The notes beneath the pieces are model-generated. The model was given only the letters and a program-made list of their open reading frames with translations. It did no database searches and was not told the DNA's origin. A stretch of 64,000 nucleotides of DNA from Ginglymostoma cirratum (lineage: Eukaryota). The stretch lies in contig JAHRHZ010000061.1 of the NCBI GenBank assembly GCA_024137785.1, positions 1,762,066-1,826,065 on the forward strand, read 5' to 3'. Below are positions 38,353 through 50,480 of this stretch, one piece after another. A program made the position numbers and the translations under genes. How positions within the stretch are numbered: position 1 is the first letter of the stretch; each line of letters begins with the position of its first letter.

Positions 38353-38629
38353 TAGATGATATGCCTTTCCTGGATAGTACCACCATCAAATTCAAAATGT
38401 CCATGCACATTTTGAGTGAATGTGCCAGTGTGACATGTTGGGTAAATAGCACGTGAGTATTTCTCTTTACATTTTGACTTTACTATTTCCTAATCTATTG
38501 TGATTTATACTTTTTTGCATGATCTTTGGTTTTTCTTTGCATATAGGATCTACAGAGTAAGAGATTTTTTTTCCAGTACTCTTAAAGACAAGGTTCTTTA
38601 AGTTTAACTGAATATGGCAGGAGAGCTCA

Positions 38630-41600
38630 GGCCATTGCCTGCAGCTTCTTTGAAATATCAGAGAGGGAATGGATGACCACTAGGCAGAGGAAAGCGGTGA
38701 GACAGACAGACAGGAAAACTGCAGAGGGCATCTTAGTGATGATTTTTTTCTGTGTTGGAAAATGATGACAGTGAAGATTCCAATGGGAAACACAGCAAAG
38801 GCAAAGTTCACAGCTGGGTGGCCCAGCCTCACAAGGAGGAACCAGAGTCCAAGGGAAAGACTCAATAGGTGTGCAGATAGGTGTTTTTGCAGCTATGGAC
38901 ATAACCTCCAGCAAATGGTGTTCCTCCCTGAGGCCTGGGTCAGGGATGTAACTGGCTGCAGGGGATCCTGAAGAGGAGTGTTAATTTAGCGTCATGGTAA
39001 ATGTTCATGTTGATGATATATGTAGAATGAGGGATGATATCTTGCATCAAGAGTTTAGCAAGCTTGGCAGTAGATTAAAAAGCAGGATGTCTCTGGATTA
39101 CCATGATGCTATTTGTTTGTGAGTACAGAAATAAGGGAATAGAGGTGATGAACTCCTGGTTCAAGAGTTGGTGCAGGAGGGAGGGATTTTGAGTCTTGGA
39201 CCACTACAGCCATTTCTGGAGAAGGTGGGAACTATACAAGCAGGTGGTCTGCACCTGAACCAAAATGGGACCAATACCCTTGCAGGTAGGTTTGCTAGTA
39301 TTGTTTGCAGTTTAAACTGGTTCGGCATTGTGAGGAGGCACAACATGATATAGTAAAGGAACCAGGGCAGAGAGAATTAAGACATTTTGCAATTCAAGAG
39401 AGTAAGGCGAAGCTAGATTGAATCTAATGCTGGCAGTTTTATAGGTAAGAAAGATGAGTTAAGGGTGTGAATTGAAGTGTGAATTGTGATATTTTTACCA
39501 TAGTAGAGATGAGATTCAGAAAAGGGCAGGAATGACAATTCGACGTTATAGAATGTCGGATCTTCAGGCAAGGGTATAAGAGAGGAAGTGGTGTTGCATT
39601 ATTAAGTCATTTACTGCCATGAGGAGTGATGATATCTTTAAGGGGAGCTATGTGGGTAGAGCTTATGGGGAAAACAAAGGGCTGCAGTTGTGTTGATTGC
39701 AGTGTATTAGAGGCCTCCAAACAGGTAATGGGCAATAGAGGAGCAACTACGATGACGATTCACTGAGGTGTGTAATAAGAATAATAGTAATTCTATTCAG
39801 AAATTTCAACTTCCTGACCATTAACTGATATAGCTTAGGGTTTAGAAGGGCTGAATTTCTTGAAATGTATTCAGGATACTTTTTATGCCAACATACAGAA
39901 GGTTCAACAAGAGACAGGACAATGCTGGACCTAATTCTGGGGCATGAAGCCAGCAGGCAGTTGAGGTGGCAGTGGAGGAGCATTTTAGTGATCATGACCA
40001 CAAACGGTATGATTTAAATTTGTTAAGGAAAAGGAAAGGAATGGCCTGCAAAAAAAGGGGTTTGGATTGAGCAGTGGTGGATTTTATTAAAATAAGATGA
40101 TCAAGCCAAATTAGACTCGGACCAGTTCCTTCTGAGAAAATTTTAGAACAATCAGGGTGTTCAAAAAGGAATTTGAGAGACTACAGGCCCAAAATGTTTC
40201 CTTTAGGGTGACATGTGAGAGCAACAAGCCTAGGGAACGACTGATGTTTAGGAATATTCAGGACTGGAAATATAGGAAAAGAGAGATCAGTGCTGGGACC
40301 TCTGCTGTTTGTGATCTACATAAATGATTTGGAGGAAAATGTAACTGGCCTAATTAGTAAGTTTGTGGATGATACAAAGATTGGTGGAGTTGCGGATAAT
40401 GAGGAGGACTGTCAGAGGATACAGCAGGCTATCGATTAGTTGGAGGCATGGGCAGAAAAATGGAGTTTAATCCAGATAAATGTGAGGTGATGCATTTTGG
40501 AAGTTCATGTGGAAATGATACAGTGAATGGCAGAACCCTTAAAAGTGCTGATATGCAGAGGGAACTGGCTATGCAGGTGCACCGATCACTGAAGGTGACA
40601 GCGCAGGTAGATAAGGTAGTTAAAAAGGCTTACGGCGTACTTGCCTTCATTGGGAGGGGCATTGAGCGTGAGGATAGACAAGTTATGCTGTAACTTTATA
40701 GAAATTTAGTAAGGCCACGCTTGGAGTATTAAGTACAGTTCTGGTCACCATGTTACCAGAAAGATGTGGATGCTTTGGAGAGGGTACAAAAAATGGTTAC
40801 CAGGATGTTACCTGGTATGGGGGATTTTAGCAATGAAGAAAGTTTGGCTAGACTGGGTTTGTTTTCACTGGAACGCAGAAGGTTGAGGGGCGACCTAATA
40901 GGAGCTTATAAGATTGTGAATGGCAGGGATAGAGCGGAAAGTATGAGGCTTTTTCTTAGGGTGGAGGGGTCAATTACTAGGACACACAGGTTTAAGGTGT
41001 GGTGGGGGCTGGAGTTTAAAAGAGATGTGCGACGCAAGTTTTTCACACGATGGATGGTGAGTGCCTGGAACTCATTGCCAGAGGAGGTGGTGGAAGCAGA
41101 CATAATAGCAGCATTCAAGAAGCATTGGACAAATACGTGAAAAGGAAGGGAATAGATGAAGTGAGCGAAGACAGTTTTAGTATGGAAAGGCAAAATGTTG
41201 CAGCACAGGCTTGGAGGGATGAAGGGCCTGTTCCTGTGCTATATTGTTCTTTGCACCTGCTAAAAGCTTAAAGAACAACGGGCATAAATCAATGGAGGTC
41301 CAAGTGGAATATACAAAGGTCAGGGCGGAATTAAAAAAGCAATTTGGAGAGCAAAGAGGGGACATTCTTTAAGATGAAACCGGTAGGTAAGATTGGGGAG
41401 AATCCCAAGATATTCTGTAAGTATATTAAGGAGAAAGTGGATAACCAGAGAAAGAATGGGGCCTTTGGGGATCAAGGGAGCCTAGCTGACCAGTCCATCT
41501 ATACTGTCTTACAATCTAAGGCTGTCCTGTCCATTTACCATCACACCAATTTCCGTACCATCTGAATTTGCAGATGTGTTGCATTTTGGCAAGACAAACC

Positions 41601-43670
41601 AGGGCAGGAATTATACAGTTAATGGTAGGGCCCTGGGGAGAGTTGCTGAACAGAGAGGGGTGCAGGTGCATAGTTTCTTCAAAGTGGAGTTGCAGGCAGA
41701 CAGGTGGTGAAAAAGGCATTTGGCACATTTGCCTTCATTGCACATTGAATTGAGTATAGGAGTTGGGTGTCATGTGGCAGCTGTACAGGACATTTGTTAG
41801 GCCACTTTTGGAATACTGCGTGCAATTCTACTCTCTCTGCTGTAGGAAGGATGTTAAACTTGAAAGGGTTCGGAAAAGATTTACAATGATGTTGACAGAA
41901 TAGAGGGTTTGAGCTATAGGGAGAGGCTGAATAGGCTGGAGCATCGGAGGCTGAAGTATCATCTTATAGACGTTTGTATAATCATGAGGGGTGTGGATAG
42001 GGTGGAAAACCAAGGCCTTTTTCCTAGGGTAGGGGAGTCCAAAACTAGTGGGCATAGGTTTAAGGTGAAAGGGGAAACATTTAAAAGGGACCTGAGGGGA
42101 AACTTTTTCACGCAGAGGGTGGTGGTGCATGTATGGAATGAGCTGCCAGAGGAAGTGGTGGAGGTGGGCAGAATTACAATATTTGAAAGTCATCTGTTTG
42201 CATGAATAAGAAGGGTTTAGAGGGATATTGGCCAAATGCTGGCAATGGGACTAGATCAGTTCAGGTTATTAGGTTGCTACGAATGAGTTGGACTAAAGGG
42301 ACTGTTTATGTGCTGTATAACTCTATGATTCTATTAATTTCCCAGACTCCTTTTATAATGGAGGATAAAGATGATGACTTCAACATATATTTTGCCTTTG
42401 TCTTCACTAGAGAAGACAGAGTGCACTCTAGGAATAGCTATAAATTGGCAATTGAAAGGGTAGGAAAAACTTAAAATTATAATCACTAGGCCAATAGTAT
42501 TGAGGAAATTGTTGGATTTCACCCTAGGCCATGAAATGAAATAACTAGTGAGATAGTTGATTCATTGGCTTTAAGTTTTCAAAATTGATTTGATTTGGGG
42601 AGGGTTCCTTTAGTTTGGAAAATATCTAATTTAACTCCTTCATTCAAAAAACAGAGGCAGAAAGCAGGAAACAACAAACCAGACAGCTTAAGATCTAACC
42701 TAGGGAAAATAATAGAAGCTATTATTAAAGATATTATTATGTGGCACTAGGATAAGTTCAAAGTAATCAGGCAGAGTCAACATGGTTTTATCAAAGGAAA
42801 GTTGTTCAACCAACTTATTGGTTGTGAAGAGGACGTTAAAGCCTATAAAGGGATATGGATGAAATAAGTCAATGGGCAAAGATCTAGGAAATGGAGTATA
42901 ATGCAAAGAAATGTGAAAATGTCCATTTTAACAGAATTTTAAAAAAGCATGTGATCAATGTGGGGAGAGGTTGTAGAGCTTTGAGGTGCCGAGAAATCTG
43001 GGTGACCTAGAGCATGAATTATGGGAAGTTAGTTTGCAGGTACAGCAAATAAACAAGAAAACTAATAGATTGATATGTTTTGTTGTGAAGAGAATTAAAT
43101 GCAAGAGTAATGAGGTTATGCTTCAATTATACAGGGCATTGGTGAGACCACATCTGGAGTATCGTGTAGAATACTGAACATTGTATTCACTGTTAATGTA
43201 TTAGAAGTAGTTCAAAGAAGGTTTACTAGACCAGTATCTGGAATGAGCAAATTGAAGAGAGGCTGTACAGGATAGTCCTGTATCCTACAGAGTTAAGAAG
43301 AATCAGAGGTGACTTAATTGATATAAGATTCTGAGGGCATTTGACCAGATGGATACTGAAAGGATATGGAAGGGTCTAAAACTAAAGTCATAATTTAAAA
43401 ATAAGGGGCTTCCATTTAAAACAGATGAAGAAAAGAAATTACGCTGAGGGTTTTCAGTCTGAAGAAGTCCCTTCCTCAAAAGATGCAGATGCAAAATCTA
43501 TTAATATTTTTAAGGCCGAGGTAGCTAGATTCTTGATTACCAAGGAGATGAAAGATTAGGGGTGTACGTAGGAATGTAGAGTTGAGGTTAAAATCAGATC
43601 AGCTATGATCTTATTGAAGGGTGGAGCAGATTAAAGGGGCCAAGTGGCCTACTCTTGTTCCTTGCTCTTG
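38630..43670 (+). mobile_element. Cluster of nested CR1 LINE fragments (old ORF1 esterase/EN piece; 3' pieces ~40284..41250, ~41565..42335, ~42340..43670)
   Basis: GLHLNQNGTNTLAGRF; MEFNPDKCEVMHFG; LFSLERRRLRGDL; LVRPHLEY; three separate CR1 tails. Confidence 0.88.
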
Positions 43671-43905
43671 TGTGAACCTATTGGGTGAAGGAGGTAACAT
43701 TGTGGTTTTGAAAGAATGGAGGCATAATTGCTGTTGTCAAATGGGGCCAGGATTTCATTATCTTCATACATTGATTATAGATTTGTTCATTATGATCGTA
43801 TCCAAAACGTACTCTCCAGTTGTGCCAACTGGGAGGGAAAGTCGTGATGCAAATCTAAGACTTTGTATAAATTAAAATCTGCAACAAGTTAAAAATTTGA
43901 ATATC

Positions 43906-43911
43906 TTTATT
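43906..43911 (-). terminator. Candidate poly(A) signal of the HHLA2-like gene
   Basis: First minus-strand AATAAA found downstream of the stop at 44921, followed by a T/GT-rich tract. Confidence 0.55.
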
Positions 43912-44010
43912 TTCATCTAATTCCATGTATTTCATGCCAGGATTTTCTTCTATTTTGATATACTTTTTAAAATGTATTACACACAACAAATCCCAACCTG
44001 CCAATTTGTA

Positions 44011-44351
44011 GAGAACCATCTTGTCGGTGTTGAGGTCATTGTGTTATGTAATTATGTAATATTTATCTGGTCATATAATTAAATATTTAAAATTAGTAAT
44101 AATAATATCAATCTTCTATTCTGTGTGTTGATTGCCCAATTTTTGAAGAATATTTTGATATTCACCCTAAAAGTGCCTTTGACAAAATTGTTACATCAAT
44201 TGTTATCCTAGTTTTACCCTCACAATTCAATTTGAAATAATTCTCCAGAATTATCTTTTCTATAATATTTTACGTACACCTCATTAAGATCATCTGTCAG
44301 TCAATTGTGTTTGAGACAATGTTTCTCCAGTCTTTCCTGTTGACTCTGACA
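44011..44351. repeat. Left arm of a ~340 bp local inverted duplication
   Basis: Reverse complement of 45898..46240 with long exact blocks, e.g. gaagaatattttgatattcaccctaaaagtgcctttgacaaaattgttacatcaattg. Confidence 0.95.
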
Positions 44352-44405
44352 TATAACAAGTAGGTTTAGCAGGATAAGTCCATTAATGACGAGGGAGGGG
44401 CAAGG

Positions 44406-44750
44406 TGCACAGCACAGTGGCTCGGTGGTTAGCACTGCTGCCTCACAACACCAGGGACCCAGGTTCAATTCTATCCTCAGGTGACTGTCTGTGTGGAGTT
44501 TGCACATTCTCCCCATGTCTGTGTGGGTTTCCTCTAGGTGCTCCAGTTTCCTCCCACAGTCCAGAGATGTGCAGGCTAGGTGGATTGGCCATGCTAAATT
44601 GCCCGTAGTGTTCAAGAATGTGTAGATTAAGTGGGTTAATGGGAGGATGGGTCTGGGTGGGATGCTCTCAGAGTCAGTGTGGACTTGTTGGGCCAAAGGG
44701 CCTGTTTCCACACCATAGGGATTCTATAATGATGAATTCTATGATTCCAT
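44406..44750 (+). mobile_element. HE1-like V-SINE (antisense within the predicted HHLA2 3' UTR)
   Basis: A/B-box head, V-domain and (attctatg)n tail. Confidence 0.9.
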
Positions 44751-44920
44751 GATGATGAATGACCGACATTTATGAATCTGCCAAACTATGGTTTTGTTTG
44801 TAAAATGCTGACCTTCATTATGCTGACAAAATTAAGCCCATGATTTTAAGCACAAAGAGCGGTAATCACTCAGTTCAAGGCAGGTGCAGCAGCAGATATT
44901 TCCATAGGATGTAGATTTCT

Positions 44921-45057
44921 TCATCTTTCCTCTTCCTTTTCAGTTGTTTTCTTCCTCAACAGAATAGTCCCTATTGAGACGATTGAAAACACAGCAAATG
45001 CGGCTATTAATGCAACACGTTGGCGATGACTTGGTTGTTCATTTTGCAGTCCAGAGT
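44921..45057 (-). CDS. HHLA2: HHLA2-like transmembrane and cytoplasmic terminal exon: (D)SGLQNEQPSHRQRVALIAAFAVFSIVSIGTILLRKKTTEKEEER*
   Basis: Minus-strand acceptor tttcag, phase 1 matching the IgV donor at 53797; 20-aa hydrophobic run followed by RKK. Confidence 0.82.
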
Positions 45058-45299
45058 CTGAAATTTGATCAAAATAAACTTTAACAAACTTCATTTAATT
45101 CACACATAAATTTAACACTAAACAAATAGAGAATTTAAATAAAAATTCAACTGTAAATGTTGGAAAATGGAAAATAAGTATACTTATTTTAAATTATACT
45201 TAATTATAAGTATACTCATCCAAAACAAAACAATTGGATGAGGTGTTTATTGCATTGATGATATGGAAGTAAGGAAGGACTAATTTACCCCATCATAAA

Positions 45300-45690
45300 T
45301 ATTGTTGTGTAGTGGAAATGTCACTGGTGTAATAATCCACACCCTAAGCTTATGCTCTTGGATCATGGGTTCAAATCTTGTTGTGACAGCTGATGGAATT
45401 TTAATTAAGCTAATGAAAACAAAATTTGGATTGAAAGCTAACGACAGTGAAACTAAGCTATTATTGATTGTTGTTAAATACCCATCTGGTTTGTTAATAC
45501 CCTTTAGGAAAGGAAATCTGTTGACCTTATTTGGTTTGGCCTATGTGTGACTCCTGGCCCACAATGCTGTGGTTGACTTTTAATTACTCTCTGATAGCCT
45601 AACAGCCCCTTCTGTTCAAGGGCAACTAGGGATGGGCAACAAATACTGGTCTTTGTAAATGACACCGATTTTCCAATCAACAGATAAGTC
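45300..45690 (+). mobile_element. SINE family B
   Basis: Head gtgtagtggaaatgtcactgg...gggttcaaatc; tail caagggcaactagggatgggcaac. Confidence 0.75.
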
Positions 45691-45897
45691 AATAAAGTTG
45701 GTGAAATGTTAGACTAAATGTTAGAATAGTATTCAAAGGAAGTTACACTTGTGTATAGTACATCCTTGAGTACTGTGATCAGCTCTGTCCTGTGAGGAAC
45801 ATTCAAACACTGAAACAATGCAGACGAGAGTTTATGAGGATGCTTTCAAGGCTGCTGATACCATCTCCTTGATAGCAATCCAGATTGCAGTGTTTGC

Positions 45898-46240
45898 TGT
45901 CAGAGTCAACAGGAAAGACTGGAGAAACATTATCTCAAACACAAGTGACTGACAGATGATCTTAATGAGGTATACATAAAATATTATAGAAAAGATAATT
46001 CTGGAGAATTATTTCAAATTGAATTGTGAGGGTAAAACTAGGATAACAATTGATGTAACAATTTTGTCAAAGGCACTTTTAGGGTGAATATCAAAATATT
46101 CTTCAAAAATTGGGCAATGAATACATAGAATAGAAAATTGATATTATTATCATTAATTTTAAATGTTTAATTATATGATATTTATCTGATTACATAATTA
46201 CATAACACATGGACCTCAACATCAACAAGATGTTGTTTCT
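45898..46240. repeat. Right arm of the inverted duplication (ancient CR1-like 3' remnant plus flank)
   Basis: Reverse complement of 44011..44351; homology resumes briefly at ~46420..46430 after an insert. Confidence 0.95.
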
Positions 46241-46242
46241 AA

Positions 46243-46400
46243 TGTGGAGCTGGAGGATCCAGCAGGCCAGGCAGTGTCAGAGGTGCAAGAAAGTTGATGT
46301 TTCGGGTCGGGATGCTCCTCTGATGTTGCCTGTCCTGCTGTGATCCTCCACCTCCACACTGTTACCTCTGACTCCATCATCGGCAGTTCTTACTATCTCT
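46243..46400. mobile_element. Fold-back mini-Penelope insert
   Basis: Inverted pLTR arms; TSD-like tgtttctaat / tgtttccaat. Confidence 0.8.
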
Positions 46401-47089
46401 GGTGTTTCCAATAGTTCTTTACAACTTGGCAGCATGTAATAAAATGAATGAAAATATAGGGCAGGAATTTCAATTGTCAAAAATATCCCCATTAGATTAT
46501 CTCGGCTTATCTGTATGTTTCTCATGGTTTATTGAACACACTACAATACTGTAAAAAGAGTATTCATCACTGCACTGTGATGGTATATGTGTCCACCAGA
46601 CAGAGCTGATCAGAAGGTTATGGTTTTCATGATTTTAAAAACTCTTGGTGAATGTTATATTTGAGTCAAAAATATAAGAATACTGGTTACATGTGAATGT
46701 GCCAATATTATTAAACTCCTTAACCTTTATTTTAACAAAGGGGCCGAAAAGTTTTTAAAATCGGTAGAGCTATTTTTGACCAAGTTTTTGGTTTTTGCCT
46801 TGCTATCTTCTTTCTCAATTTTCTGCTCTTTCACTTTTTTGTTTTATAATGTTCCTGTGAATCATCTTGGAATATTTTACTAAGTTAAAAACAGTTTTTA
46901 AAGAAGCTCATCTTGATGTTTTTTGTAGCCTGTATGACAAATGTAATTTCACCTCTATATATTTCATTTAAAAATATGATATTTCTTTACAGCCCAGAAT
47001 GAGGATTAAATATTTGCAAACTTAAATATGGACAACCTTGCTATGAGATGATGTTTAAGACTAAATTTAAAGTATGACGATCAAATCGA

Positions 47090-48545
47090 AGCTCTGCGGT
47101 ACTGTCACATTGATCGTCAATGATAGTAGACAATTAAAGCATTAACAAGAAGAGAAGACTCCACATGTATCAACGATAGGGGAGCCCCGCAACATCAGTG
47201 CTAAAGAAAAGGCTTGCATCCATCCTCAGCCAGAAGTGCCAAGTGGATGAATCATCTCGCCTTCTCCTCGGGTTCCTGGCATCACAGATGTCAGTCCAGC
47301 CAATTTGACAATTTTTCATGTGACATCAAGAAAAGGCTGAAGGCACTGGGTACTGCAAAAATTATGGCCCTAACAACATTCCACTAATAGCACTGACAGC
47401 TTGTGCTCCAGATTTGCAGTACCAATGACCAAACTCTTCCAGAACAGACACAACACTGGCATCTACTTTACACCATGGAAAATTTCCCGGGTGTATCCTG
47501 TCCACAAATATTAGGACAGATCCAACTCAGCCAATTGTCATCCGATCAGTTTACTCTCAATCATCAGCAAAGTGAAGGAAGGGGTCATTGACAGTGCTAT
47601 CAAGCAGCACTTGGCCAGCAACAAGCTGCCTACTCACGCTCAGTTTGGGTTCCAGCAGGCCCACTGAATATGTGATCCGAGTACAGCTTTGGGCCAAACG
47701 TGGACTAAAGAGCTGAATTCCAGAGGTGAAGTGAGAGTGGCTGCCCTTGGCATCAAGACAAGCATTTGTCTCAGTGTGATATGAAGGAGCCCTAGCAAAA
47801 CAAGAATCAAAGGAAATCGAGGGGATAAATTGTCCACTAGTTGGAATCAATCCAAATCAAAGGAAGATAGTGGTTAGAAATCAACCATCTCAGTCCCAGA
47901 ACATCATTGCAGGAGTTACTCATAGCTGTGTCTTAGGCCTAGCCAGATCCTTCCTCAATAATGTTCGCTTTAACATAGGGTCAGAAGTTGAGATGTCCAG
48001 CACCATTACCAATTCCACAGATACTCAAGCAGTCTGTATCTATATGCAGAAAGACCTGGACAATATTATGGGTTTTGGCTGATAAGTTGCAAGAAACATT
48101 CACGCCATACAAGTGCCACTTTTAGCTGGATGGATGAACTGGCCCAACCATGTAAATACTTGGCTGCAAAAGCAGATCAGAGGATATAAATTCTGTGGCA
48201 ATTAACTCACCTACTGTCTCCCCAGTGCCTGCCTACCATCTACAAGACAATACTGTATACTTGCTTGAACGCTCTAACAGCTCTAACAACGCTCTAAAAG
48301 CTCAATGCTATCTAGGACAAAGCAGCCTGCTTGAGTGGCACCTCATTCACCACATCAAGCACCCCGTCCATCAATGACACTGAGCAGTAAGCATGTAAAC
48401 CATCTACAAACCACCTGTTGGGCTCTGTCAACAGCACCTTCCAAATCTGCATCCTCAAACACTGAGAACGTGGTCAGTAGATGCATGGGAACACCATCAC
48501 CTGCAGCTTCCCCTTCAAACAATTCATCCATTCTAACTTGGAGCT
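47090..48545 (+). mobile_element. Degraded CR1/L2-like LINE RT fragment
   Basis: RT remnants (AQFGFQQAH, VAALGIKTSI, AGVTHSCVLG). Same family as 23095..23945. Confidence 0.75.
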
Positions 48546-48950
48546 ATGAGACAGAGTACAAGAAAGAAATGGACAGCTGAGTGGCATGGTGTAAAGACAA
48601 AAATCTCTCCCTCAATATCAGCAAAACGAGAAACTAGTCATTAATTCCACGGAGCAGAGTGGGGTCATGCCCCTGTCTATATCATTGGTGCCGAGGTGGA
48701 GGTAGATGAGAGTTTCAAGTTCTTAGGAGTAAATATCATCATCAATGATATATCTTGGTCCATCTATGTTGATGCTATAGTCAAGAAAGCACACCAACAC
48801 CTCGACTTCCTCACAAGGCTAAGGAAATTTAGTATGTCCACAATAACTCTTACCAATTTTTAATAAATTCGCCATAGAGAGCATCATATGTGGATAGATC
48901 ACAGCTTTGTAATGCTACTGCGCTGCCCAAGAACATTAGAAATTATAGGG
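48545..48950 (+). mobile_element. Rex1/Babar LINE fragment
   Basis: NLSLNISKT, FKFLGVNI, KKAHQHLDFLTRLRKF. Confidence 0.85.
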
Positions 48951-49329
48951 AACTGGGTTAGTCAGTGATGTCCACATCCCATTAGTGAATAAAAAGAAAA
49001 CTCCCTCACACATTCAATCCCATTCTCTCACCCTGGTTGTAATTTGCCAGACAGTTTACCTGCGTTTGCCTACACCAGGCCTGAACACCGCCTCTCAGTC
49101 AGTGCTACCCTGTCATCAGCACCCGCATCTTGCCATTGTTCAATAGGGCAATATCGCATGCAGGAAAGCAATCGATCAATTCCAAAGATGATATTTTGTT
49201 TGCAAAAGCGAGCAGAAACAAAATGAATAGAGGTTGCAGGTCATTCCCACAATGCAAACCATATGATATTGATGACTAACAACTATTTTACATTCCATGA
49301 TGGTCTACTGCACCCAGCTTTCATTTTCT

Positions 49330-50480
49330 GGAACTGGGTATCAGTCACGCCCTGTCTGTCCCATAGTATCTGATACAGCTCAGCTCTGTCATGCATAAGG
49401 AGAGATTTCTACTCCACAGTCCTTCTCCTCAGAAGATTGCTCCCATACTCTCAGTTTGTTAGCATCCAATTGTACAGAGCACAGCACACCAGGGTGGTGT
49501 GAGACAATCTATCCGGACTATACGGAAGGGCCACCTGTTCACACCAGTCCATGTAGCAGAACCACATCTTCAGTAGCCCCTATCGTCTGCTCCACCATCG
49601 CACTGGTCAAATCATGGGCAACATTGAATTTGTGCTTTTCTTCATTCGAGGGGTCACACAATACTATCAAAAGCTGTGGTGCCAGTGAGTAGCTCTTGTT
49701 CCCTAGTAACCTGCCTTGTAAAACTCCTGGACCCCCAAGTGCAATAGGTCCATGAGAGTGCTCCTGGATGTAGGAGACGTGGCAGCTGCCAGGGTGGTGT
49801 GCACGCCCCTCCAGGAAGTGGTGATAGTGATCACAGATTCACTAGAACATCAATGGAATGTTTCCCCTTCCTGCTGATATATTTCTCAGTGTTGTGATAT
49901 GGTCCTCTTAGTGCCATGTGTGAGCAGTCAATGGCAGTCTGTATCTGGAGGAAGGCAGATGTGTTCTCGAACCCTACTGCCTGGGCTGCAGCACTGACCT
50001 CAGCATTGGGAAACAAAATGAATCAGTGTAACCTTGCCCAGATATTATTAGCCACTGTCCTGATGCATTTGTGGGAACACGACAGAAATTCCACACAGCT
50101 ACCTGTCGCTCCCTACAAGGTTTAATGCTGTTCCCACTTTCACAGTCACAATGAGAGGGTGGCCCTCCATTCCTGCAGCACTTGTCCCACTCCATCATCC
50201 GGCATCATTCCATCACTGTGTCCTGGGACAGAGGGAGCATGTGCTGATACTGTGCCTTGTTCATTCCCAGGAATTGAAATTGAGGGTGAGAAGCTTGGGA
50301 CCTTTTGTTCATGTTCTGCATCTTGAGGGTCCCTGTGACTGTGACATATCCCCTGAGCAGGGTGCCTCTTATCCTCCATGGGGACCTGCTGCTGCTCCTG
50401 GGCTTGTCATTGGCCCTGGATTTGCTGCATCTGCTTTCACCTTCATAGGGAGGTAGCCACATTCCATCGGCACTAGGCAC
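49330..50480 (-). pseudogene. Harbinger/PIF (HARBI1-like DDE) transposase fossil
   Basis: AIDCSHMAL, YISRKGKHSIDV, PGSCHVSYI, LLGNKSYSL, MVEQTIG in the expected order, with frameshifts and catalytic-site substitutions. Confidence 0.85.

Noticed and set aside
44406-44480. tRNA gene
   Set aside because: It is a SINE head followed by the V-domain and a LINE tail; the same holds at ~31800 and ~59480.
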